Positions 42,552 to 49,993 of a DNA stretch of 64,000 bases are shown here, piece after piece. Every line of letters starts with the position of its first letter. Position 1 is the first letter of the stretch. The DNA comes from Candidatus Limimonas egerieequi (GTDB taxonomy: Bacteria; Bacillota; Clostridia; Oscillospirales; Acutalibacteraceae). Position numbers and translations under genes: made by a program. The DNA is taken from positions 4,683-68,682 of the forward strand of contig JAGHVH010000029.1 of NCBI GenBank assembly GCA_018064455.1. Reading direction: 5' to 3'. The notes under the pieces are model-generated. The model ran no database searches, was not told the origin of the DNA, and worked only from the letters and a program-made list of their open reading frames with translations.

Positions 42552-43652
42552 ATGAGAACTCTATATTTTGACTGCGGCAGTGGCGCTGCTGGCGATATGA
42601 TTTCCGCTTCCCTCTTCGAACTTATCGATGACAAGGAAGGGTTCTTAAAAGACATAAATAACGCCGGCATCCCCCATGTTACAGTTGAGGTTGAACCATC
42701 AACCAAACATGGTGTCACCGGCACTCATTTTAAGGTCTCAATAAATGGTGAAGAAGAGGAAGCGGCAGAAGCAGTATCCGATGACGCAGAACTCTCAGAA
42801 TTACACCACCATCACGGTCATCATCACCACCATCATCACACACTTGATGATATCACTGATTTGATTGACTCTCTTGACATACCAAACCAGGTGCGAGAGG
42901 ATGCAATAAGTGTGTACAAGCTTATTGCTGAAGCAGAGGGCCAGGTACACGGTGCAACGCCAAGTGAAGTACACTTCCACGAAGTTGGTTCACTTGATGC
43001 CGTTGCAGACATCGTATCGGCATCCTGGCTCATCAATATCTTGGACCCAGAGCTTATTATTGCATCTCCAATGAACACCGGTTCAGGTAAAGTCAAGTGT
43101 GCACACGGCATATTGCCTGTGCCAGCCCCTGCAACCGCCCTTTTACTCCGTGATATACCAATCTATAGCACAGACATAAAAGGCGAATTATGCACGCCTA
43201 CAGGCGCTGCTCTCATCAAGCACTTTGCACGCCAGTTCGGCCCTATCCCATCCATTAGGATGGAGAGTATAGGCTACGGCATGGGTGCAAAGGATTTCGA
43301 GACAGCGAACTGCCTCCGTGCAATACTCGGTGAGACCGACAATGTAATTGTCGAAGAGCCAGTTTTCGCTCGTCATCCAGTTAACCAGAGTGAAGAGCAA
43401 AAAAAGATTATTATCAACCGTATATCACGTGTGATAGGCCATCTTGAAAGCATTAAGAGAATGGTTGAGAACAACCGTGACACTGACGAAGTTTTAATTC
43501 AGCTCTCAGCAGTCGAATCTTCTATCAATTCTGTAAGACGTGTCATCATCAAATCCCACTTTAAGCACGCTATCAAGGGTGCTATTGAAAGTGGCGGAGA
43601 TGCCCACGCAACAGAAAGCGTTTATGGTCTAGTTGATAAATTCCTTAAATAA
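42552..43652 (+). CDS. fusion protein: LarC N-terminal (nickel-insertion, DUF111) domain with His-rich tract + C-terminal CsoR/RcnR/FrmR-like (DUF156) domain
   Basis: Residues 1 to ~275 match the LarC N-terminal half (MRTLYFDCGSGAAGDM, HHHHGHHHHHHH tract, HFHEVGSLDAVADIV, GILPVPAPAT, TPTGAALIKHF, ANCLRAILGE). The last ~85 aa align to CsoR-type repressors (KKIIINRISRVIGHLESIKRMVENNRDTDEVLIQLSAVESSINSVRR...SHFKHAI). Confidence 0.8.
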   Translation: MRTLYFDCGSGAAGDMISASLFELIDDKEGFLKDINNAGIPHVTVEVEPSTKHGVTGTHFKVSINGEEEEAAEAVSDDAELSELHHHHGHHHHHHHTLDDITDLIDSLDIPNQVREDAISVYKLIAEAEGQVHGATPSEVHFHEVGSLDAVADIVSASWLINILDPELIIASPMNTGSGKVKCAHGILPVPAPATALLLRDIPIYSTDIKGELCTPTGAALIKHFARQFGPIPSIRMESIGYGMGAKDFETANCLRAILGETDNVIVEEPVFARHPVNQSEEQKKIIINRISRVIGHLESIKRMVENNRDTDEVLIQLSAVESSINSVRRVIIKSHFKHAIKGAIESGGDAHATESVYGLVDKFLK

Positions 43653-43657
43653 TAAAA

Positions 43658-43697
43658 TTAACCCCCTAGATGATCTCATCTAGGGGGTTTTCTTTAT
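43658..43697. terminator. bidirectional rho-independent terminator
   Basis: Hairpin accccctagatga-tctc-atctagggggt with flanking A/T runs, between convergent genes. Confidence 0.8.
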
Positions 43698-43707
43698 CTA
43701 ATACTGA

Positions 43708-45732
43708 TTAGAACTTTTTTCTCATTGCACCTGTTGGACAAGCGTCAACGCACTTGCCACAAGTAGCACAGTAAGCTGCTGCTTCTGCTTTAGGGAACAT
43801 AGGATTGATTGTTGTATTGAATCCACGGTTATAGAGACCGATGAATGTCTTCTTTGCAACTTCTTCACATGTTCTGTAGCAGAGACCGCAAAGTACGCAC
43901 TTATCTGGGTTATGCTCGATAACATCAGCGATTTCAATGAAGTCGCGGTGATGCTTCATGCCAGGGAATTTAGCTGGCTCAACATCATACCAGTTAGCAT
44001 ACTTGATAAGGCGGCAGTCATAGTAATCATGACAACCACACTCGAGGCAACGGCTTGCTTCCTTCTTAGCCTGCTCTTCTGAGAAACCGAAGTAGATAGG
44101 CTTGAAGTTGTTCTTTCTCTCCTCTGGTGAGAGACCTGGCATCTCAGCTCTGTCGATCTTTTCACGATCCTCAAAGTCCTCAGCTGTCTTCTCTGTCTCA
44201 ACAAAGTATGGAGCCTTGTAACGTACTTCAGCACCATCAAGGAAGTTGTTGATGCAGAAAGCTGCCTTTGAAGCCTCGCCGATAGCTGCGATAGCAATAC
44301 CAGCGCCCTTGTTTGTAACGTCACCAGCTGCGAATACGTTCTCGATGTTTGTACGGAATGTCATCTCATCGCAAAGGATTGTGCCCTTCTTGGTAAGTTC
44401 AACTCCGTCAACACCAGCACAGTTTGCAACCTGGCCGATAGCCATAATAACGTTATCAAGTTTGATGTCTTCTGTCTTACCCTCTACAGGTACTGGAGAA
44501 CGACGACCTGATGCATCTGGCTCGCCAAGTTCCATAATCTGGAGCTTCATGTTAAGAGCATCGCCGTCTTGTGTAATCTCGATAGGATTTGTGAGGAACT
44601 TAAAGATAACGCCCTCTTCCTCAGCCTCTTCGATTTCGATATCAGCTGCAGGCATCTCGTTTCTTGTACGTCTATAAACAACGTATACTTCCTCTGCGCC
44701 AAGACGAATTGCTGTACGGCAAGCGTCCATAGCTGTGTTACCACCACCGCAAACGGCAACTCTCTTGCCGATTGTTGGTGTCTCACCAAGACCAAGCTTA
44801 CCAAGGAAGTCAATACCACCGATAACGCCTGGGAGGTCCTCACCAGCAACTCTCATTGGTACAGATGTCCAAGCACCGATAGCAACAAGAACTGCGTCAT
44901 AAGTCTTAACAAGTTCATCGAACTGAATATCACGGCCAAGCTTGCAGTTGTTCTTCATAGCAACGCCAGCATCAGCGATGATAGAAATTTCATCGTCGAG
45001 TACAGCCTTTGGAAGTCTGTATTCTGGGATACCATAGCGAAGCATACCGCCCATCTTTGGCTGCTGATCAAAAATTGTAACAGCGTGACCATATTCACGA
45101 AGCTTGTAAGCAGCTGTAAGTCCTGCAGGACCACCACCGATGATAGCAACTTTCTTACCTGTGTCAGCGCCTGTTTCAATCTTGTATCTGTTGTCGCTAG
45201 CAAGAACCTTATCTGCTGCAAATGCCTTAAGGAAAGCAATTGAGATTGGCTCTTCAACGAGCTGACGACGACAAGCATCTTCACATGGATGTGGGCAAAC
45301 ACGACCAATAGATGCTGGAAGTGGGAAAGCTTCGTAAACTGTTGAAACGGCTTCGAAATACTTACCATCCTTGATTTCATTGACATACTTCTGGCAGTCT
45401 GTACCAGCTGGGCAATGAAGCTTACATGGACCACGGCAATCACCTGTGTGGTCAGAAAGAAGAAGCTCGAAAGCTGTCTTACGTGCACGGATTACACGAG
45501 GTGTATCTGTGTGAACAACATAACCTTCCATTGGCTTTGCTGAGCATGAGCGAAGAAGTTTTGGAACACCCTCAACCTCTACTACGCAGACACCGCATGC
45601 ACCGTAAATTGCTGTATTCTCTGCAAAACAAAGAGTAGGGATTTCTACGCCAGCTCTAGTTGCAGATGAGAGTATAGTTTCACCGTCTTCTGCGATTACT
45701 TCTACACCATCAATAGTGTACTTAATTGACAT
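43708..45732 (-). CDS. 2Fe-2S/4Fe-4S ferredoxin-domain + GltD/NfnB-like NAD(P)H flavin oxidoreductase fusion (StnC-like)
   Basis: The N-terminus is a NuoG/HydA-type 2Fe-2S domain (CF...GACGVCVVEV) with an H/C cluster (HTGDCRGPCKLHCP). The central part is GltD-like (VAIIGGGPAGLTAAY, GGGNTAMD). The C-terminus has Cys-rich 4Fe-4S motifs (CVLCGLCYRTC, CATCGKCVDACP). No H-cluster motifs. Confidence 0.8.
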   Translation of the reverse strand: MSIKYTIDGVEVIAEDGETILSSATRAGVEIPTLCFAENTAIYGACGVCVVEVEGVPKLLRSCSAKPMEGYVVHTDTPRVIRARKTAFELLLSDHTGDCRGPCKLHCPAGTDCQKYVNEIKDGKYFEAVSTVYEAFPLPASIGRVCPHPCEDACRRQLVEEPISIAFLKAFAADKVLASDNRYKIETGADTGKKVAIIGGGPAGLTAAYKLREYGHAVTIFDQQPKMGGMLRYGIPEYRLPKAVLDDEISIIADAGVAMKNNCKLGRDIQFDELVKTYDAVLVAIGAWTSVPMRVAGEDLPGVIGGIDFLGKLGLGETPTIGKRVAVCGGGNTAMDACRTAIRLGAEEVYVVYRRTRNEMPAADIEIEEAEEEGVIFKFLTNPIEITQDGDALNMKLQIMELGEPDASGRRSPVPVEGKTEDIKLDNVIMAIGQVANCAGVDGVELTKKGTILCDEMTFRTNIENVFAAGDVTNKGAGIAIAAIGEASKAAFCINNFLDGAEVRYKAPYFVETEKTAEDFEDREKIDRAEMPGLSPEERKNNFKPIYFGFSEEQAKKEASRCLECGCHDYYDCRLIKYANWYDVEPAKFPGMKHHRDFIEIADVIEHNPDKCVLCGLCYRTCEEVAKKTFIGLYNRGFNTTINPMFPKAEAAAYCATCGKCVDACPTGAMRKKF

Positions 45733-45745
45733 AAATTTCCCTCCC

Positions 45746-47506
45746 TTACTTAACTATAATTGCACCCTGACGGCAAACTGTCTTACAGTTACCGCACTTG
45801 ATGCACTTATCAGCGTCAATCTTAAATGGTGATTTAACTTCGCCACTAATAGCGTTAGCTGGGCACTTCTTAGCGCAGAGTGAGCAACCGATGCACTTAG
45901 ATTCGTCAATAGAATAAGTGATAAGTTTTACGCACTCGCCAGCTGGGCAACGCTTCTCACTAATGTGAGCTTCCATTTCTGGTCTGAAGTAACGAATAGT
46001 TGTGAGAACTGGGTTTGGAGCAGTCTGTCCAAGTCCGCAAAGAGCACCGTCCTTGATAGCGTTGCAGAGCTCTTCGAGTTTCTCGATATCGCCCTCTTCG
46101 CCTTCGCCGTCAACTATGCGGCCAAGGATTTCAAGCATGCGCTTTGTACCGATACGACAGTGTACACACTTACCGCAGCTTTCCTTAGCTGTGAAGTCAA
46201 GGAAGAACTTAGCCATACCAACCATACATGTTGTCTCGTCCATAACAACCATACCACCAGAGCCCATGATAGCACCTGTAGCGCCAAGAGCCTTGTAGTC
46301 GATTACTGTGTCAAGAAGAGATGCTGGAATACATCCGCCTGATGGACCACCGAGCTGAACTGCCTTGAATTCCTTGTCGTTTCTGATACCGCCACCGATA
46401 TCATAGATAACCTCACGAAGAGTTTTACCCATAGGAATCTCAACAAGTCCGCCGCGCTTAATCTTACCAGTAAGAGCAAATACCTTTGTGCCCTTTGATT
46501 CAGCTGTACCCATTGCTGCAAATGCGTCACCGCCATTTGCAATAATCCAAGCAACGTTTGCATATGTCTCAACGTTGTTGATGTTAGAAGGCTTAAACCA
46601 GAAACCAGACTGTGCTGGGAATGGTGGCTTAAGGCGTGGCATACCACGTTTACCTTCCAAAGACTCTATCAAAGCTGTTTCCTCGCCGCATACAAATGCG
46701 CCGGCACCAGCCTTAATTCTCATCTTGCATGAGAAGTTAGAACCTAAAATGTTGTCTCCAAGGAAGCCACGGTCTGTTGCATCCTTGATAGCGTTCTCAA
46801 GACGAACGATAGCAAGAGGATACTCAGCACGAACGTAAACGATAGCTTCCTTTGCGCCGATAGCGTACGCACCGATAAGCATACCCTCAATAAGAGTATG
46901 TGGGTCACCCTCGATTACGGCACGATCCATGAATGCGCCTGGGTCGCCCTCGTCGGCATTACAAATAAGATACTTCTCTTCGCCTTCTGAAGACTTTGCT
47001 GCTCTCCACTTGAAAGCAGTTGAGAAACCAGCACCGCCACGACCCTTAAGACCAGACTTATCAATTTCATTGATAACGTCATCCTGAGTCATACCAGTTG
47101 TCAAAATCTTCTTGAGTGCCTCATAACCGCCACGAGCGATGTATTCGTCAATGCTCATAGGATTGATGATACCACAGTTACGAAGAGCGATACGTGTCTG
47201 CTGCTCAAGGAAAGATGCATCTTCAGCTGTAATTGTGATGTCGTCAACAAGTGACAAATCATTGCTGTTTACAGCATCATAAATCTTCTGAGCGTCAGCG
47301 TCTGTAACGTGAACAAGTCTGCGAACAAGTGCGTCACCATCGTAAAGGTCAACGATTGGCTCTAAAAAGCACATGCCGATACAGCTTGTTATTGTTACAA
47401 CAGAACCTGATGGATTTGCAGCTGCAAAGAGTTCATCAAGTTTTGCATGGACTTTACCAGCACCAGCAGCAAGTCCGCAAGAACCTTCACCTACTACTAT
47501 TTTCAT
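45746..47506 (-). CDS. NuoF/HydB-like NADH-binding FMN/Fe-S subunit
   Basis: GRGGAGFSTAFKW, NADEGDPGAF, ESCGKCVHCRIG, plus two C-terminal 2x[4Fe-4S] motifs (CIGCSLCAKKCP, CIKCGNCKTVC). Confidence 0.88.
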   Translation of the reverse strand: MKIVVGEGSCGLAAGAGKVHAKLDELFAAANPSGSVVTITSCIGMCFLEPIVDLYDGDALVRRLVHVTDADAQKIYDAVNSNDLSLVDDITITAEDASFLEQQTRIALRNCGIINPMSIDEYIARGGYEALKKILTTGMTQDDVINEIDKSGLKGRGGAGFSTAFKWRAAKSSEGEEKYLICNADEGDPGAFMDRAVIEGDPHTLIEGMLIGAYAIGAKEAIVYVRAEYPLAIVRLENAIKDATDRGFLGDNILGSNFSCKMRIKAGAGAFVCGEETALIESLEGKRGMPRLKPPFPAQSGFWFKPSNINNVETYANVAWIIANGGDAFAAMGTAESKGTKVFALTGKIKRGGLVEIPMGKTLREVIYDIGGGIRNDKEFKAVQLGGPSGGCIPASLLDTVIDYKALGATGAIMGSGGMVVMDETTCMVGMAKFFLDFTAKESCGKCVHCRIGTKRMLEILGRIVDGEGEEGDIEKLEELCNAIKDGALCGLGQTAPNPVLTTIRYFRPEMEAHISEKRCPAGECVKLITYSIDESKCIGCSLCAKKCPANAISGEVKSPFKIDADKCIKCGNCKTVCRQGAIIVK

Positions 47507-48003
47507 GACTCTGCACCTGCCTTTTCTCTAAGCTCACGAAGTATTGTCTTTGTCTTGTCAGGTGTGAGACTTCCGTATGTCTCTCCGTTGATCATCATAA
47601 CTGGTGACAAAGAACAACAACCAAGGCAAGCAACATGCTTAAGTGAGAACAAGCCATCGTCAGTTGTTTCACCATCAACGATACCAAGTTCATCCTTGAT
47701 AGCGGCAGCTATCAACTCAGAGCCATTAACATGGCAAGCTGTTCCCTGGCAAAGCATAATCAAATACTTACCAACTGGCTTTAATCTAAACTGTGTATAG
47801 AATGTAGCAACACCCATAACCTTTGCTGGTGCAACACCAGTCTCCTCAGCTATGTGGTAGATTACATCTACAGGTAGATAGCCATAGATTTCCTGTGCTT
47901 GTTGAAGAATTGCAATAAGGCTACCATTGATTCCCTTGTAGTGCTCAAGCACTGGCTCGAGCAAAGAGAGATCAGATGCCTTATCATTACAGCAACAACC
48001 CAT
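47503..48003 (-). CDS. NuoE/HydC-like thioredoxin-fold 2Fe-2S subunit
   Basis: Cys pattern CQGTACH...CLGCCSLSP, typical of NuoE. Overlaps the NuoF-like gene. Confidence 0.85.
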   Translation of the reverse strand: MGCCCNDKASDLSLLEPVLEHYKGINGSLIAILQQAQEIYGYLPVDVIYHIAEETGVAPAKVMGVATFYTQFRLKPVGKYLIMLCQGTACHVNGSELIAAAIKDELGIVDGETTDDGLFSLKHVACLGCCSLSPVMMINGETYGSLTPDKTKTILRELREKAGAES

Positions 48004-48166
48004 AAAAATACCTCCCTATAAAAATATATGCATATTAATTATAAACTCTAGTACATTTATAATACTTAACTATAAAAGAAAAAATGTCCAAGAATGGACA
48101 CTTTTTCATTTTTCACTATATTATATCATATTTTAATTATATGCACCACATTTTTTATGAACTCGT

Positions 48167-49210
48167 TCAAAAAGCGAACTGGAATACGCAATAACCTGCA
48201 TAAATGCATAGGAGTGCAATTCCCTGCCACCTATAAAGTTTGCCTTTGATAAGTCCTGGCAATGTCAAAAGGAGCATAACAGTGAACATCACTGGTATAT
48301 CCACTACTAAACTTGCATTCATTCCACCGATAAGTTTCTCTGCTGGTACAGCAAATGGATTAATTGTAATTGCCATACCAGATACCAAAACAAGATTAAA
48401 CAAATTCGCACCGATAACGTTACCAAGTGACAACGCACCATGGCCCTTGCGAAGAGAAGTAATTGCCGTAACAAGCTCTGGAAGCGAAGTGCCTAGAGCA
48501 ACAAGAGTAAGTGCAATTACAGATTCTGGAACGCCAATCTTCTGAGCGAGGATGGTGCAGTTATCAACGAGTAAGTTTGCGCCTACTGCGATAGCAATAG
48601 CGCCAACAACAAGATAGATTACGTTAATCAACACTGATGTTTCTGCTTCGTCTTCTTCCTCTTCTACTACAGCTCCATCAGCCAAAGGATTCTTCATAGC
48701 AACAAGTGCTGACTTAATTTGAAGACCAATGTAAACTGCAAAAACAGAGAGCAGGATTATACCAATAGTCCTTGAGAAAGTGCCAGTTACAATAGCAACA
48801 CCTGCATAGAGGATTGCTGAGCCAAAGAAGAAAGCAGATGGCACTCTCATGCTCTTTTTATCTGTAAATCCAGGAGCAAATGCGATTGTAATAGCACAGA
48901 TAAGTGATGCATTACATATGATTGAACCAATAGCATTGCCGTATGCTGTTTGTGACTGCCCAACAGCGGCAGCGCTTGCTGATACAAGCACCTCTGGAAG
49001 TGTTGTACCAATAGATACAACTGTCGCGCCTATGAGCAAATCAGGAACACCAAACTTCTTAGCAATACCTACTGCTCCGTCAACAAATTTATCTCCACCA
49101 ATAATTAATAGGACAAGGCCCACAGCAAAAAGTGCTATTGCTATTGGGAAAACGAGCCCATCAGATACCGAAAAATTTATGAGTCCAAAAAGTGTACTCA
49201 TCTCTGTCAT
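48167..49210 (-). CDS. CaCA-family cation/Ca2+ antiporter (YrbG type)
   Basis: Two internally repeated alpha-repeat halves (GTTLPEVLVSASAA; GTSLPELVTAITS) separated by an acidic loop (EEEEDEAE). Confidence 0.85.
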   Translation of the reverse strand: MTEMSTLFGLINFSVSDGLVFPIAIALFAVGLVLLIIGGDKFVDGAVGIAKKFGVPDLLIGATVVSIGTTLPEVLVSASAAAVGQSQTAYGNAIGSIICNASLICAITIAFAPGFTDKKSMRVPSAFFFGSAILYAGVAIVTGTFSRTIGIILLSVFAVYIGLQIKSALVAMKNPLADGAVVEEEEDEAETSVLINVIYLVVGAIAIAVGANLLVDNCTILAQKIGVPESVIALTLVALGTSLPELVTAITSLRKGHGALSLGNVIGANLFNLVLVSGMAITINPFAVPAEKLIGGMNASLVVDIPVMFTVMLLLTLPGLIKGKLYRWQGIALLCIYAGYCVFQFAF

Positions 49211-49224
49211 TTAAATTCACCTCT

Positions 49225-49818
49225 TTAGAAAAATACGCCTGTTATAAAGATTTCAAGACCTATTCCAATTAGGATTACGCCACCGAGCACATCGGCTTTC
49301 CAGCCGAGTTTTGTGCCGACTTTTTTACCAATAATTACTCCGACAACTGAAATTACGAAAGTGACAATCGCAATTATCAAGTTGCATATTGTCGCCTCAA
49401 AAAGGCTGTACTTTGAAATAGTAAATCCCACTGACAAAGCATCAATTGAAGTTGCGACTGCTTGTATAAACAGCGCCTTCATTGTGAGCTTTTCAAGTGC
49501 CACTTCTTCAGCAGATTTACGGGATTTGATACCATCAATCAGCATCTCTCCACCTATATATAAAAGAAGAAGTAATGCAATCCATGGAATAAACTTTTCA
49601 AAACTTTTAAAACGTTCTGCTATTGTGTGTACACAGAACCAGCCAATCATTGGCATGAGTGCCTGAAAAACTGCATAGGCACCACCAATAAGACAAATCT
49701 TAGGAACTCCCATTGTTGGTTCCTTAAGACCGTTTGCAAGGGACACAGAAAAAGCGTCCATCGCAAGGCCAACGCCCAATACTATCGAAAACGCTATAAA
49801 GCTCCACGTAATTCCCAT
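49225..49818 (-). CDS. mntP: manganese efflux pump MntP
   Basis: DUF204 repeats (GLAMDAFSVSLANG; ATSIDALSVGFT). The ATG at 49818 is preferred because it is preceded by ggaggaa. The track start at 49848 lies inside the riboswitch terminator stem. Confidence 0.85.
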   Translation of the reverse strand: MGITWSFIAFSIVLGVGLAMDAFSVSLANGLKEPTMGVPKICLIGGAYAVFQALMPMIGWFCVHTIAERFKSFEKFIPWIALLLLLYIGGEMLIDGIKSRKSAEEVALEKLTMKALFIQAVATSIDALSVGFTISKYSLFEATICNLIIAIVTFVISVVGVIIGKKVGTKLGWKADVLGGVILIGIGLEIFITGVFF

Positions 49819-49840
49819 ATTTCCTCCAAGTAATAAAAAA

Positions 49841-49962
49841 AGACTCATGTGTGGTGCTTACCACACATGAGTCTCGCAATTTAAAGCAATGCCAGACCAA
49901 AAAGGTCAGGATGTTGACAGTTGCTACGCATTCGCGTCTGCTACTCCCTCAAGGGATGTCAA
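49841..49962 (-). promoter_or_regulatory. yybP-ykoY (manganese) riboswitch with terminator expression platform
   Basis: The minus strand reads cttgaGGGAGTAGCagacgcgaatgcgtagcaactGTCAACATcctgacc...ggtctGGCATTGCttt, matching the conserved yybP-ykoY core. It is followed by the hairpin agactcatgtgtgg...ccacacatgagtct and a T-run. Sits directly upstream of mntP. Confidence 0.8.
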
Positions 49963-49963
49963 T

Positions 49964-49992
49964 ATCATATCAAAAAAGTTTTGATTTTGCAA
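49964..49992 (-). promoter_or_regulatory. candidate sigma-A promoter for the Mn riboswitch/mntP
   Basis: The minus strand has TTGCAA, a 17-nt spacer, then TATGAT, immediately upstream of the aptamer. Confidence 0.4.
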
Positions 49993-49993
49993 C

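Noticed and set aside
42790-42840. A run of CAC/CAT codons, considered as a slippage-prone repeat or engineered His-tag.
   Set aside because: A His-rich tract at this position is a normal feature of LarC N-terminal domains, and the codons are mixed. The real oddity is the C-terminal fusion, reported separately.
43708-45732. Interpreting the 674-aa Fe-S/flavoprotein as an [FeFe]-hydrogenase catalytic subunit (HydA), because of its NuoE/NuoF partners.
   Set aside because: Only the N-terminal ferredoxin-like part resembles HydA. No H-cluster Cys motifs are present, and the centre is clearly GltD/NfnB-like.
49819-49848. The longer mntP start at 49848.
   Set aside because: It lies within the terminator stem of the yybP-ykoY riboswitch. 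The ATG at 49818 has a strong ggaggaa RBS, and the MntP family alignment starts there.
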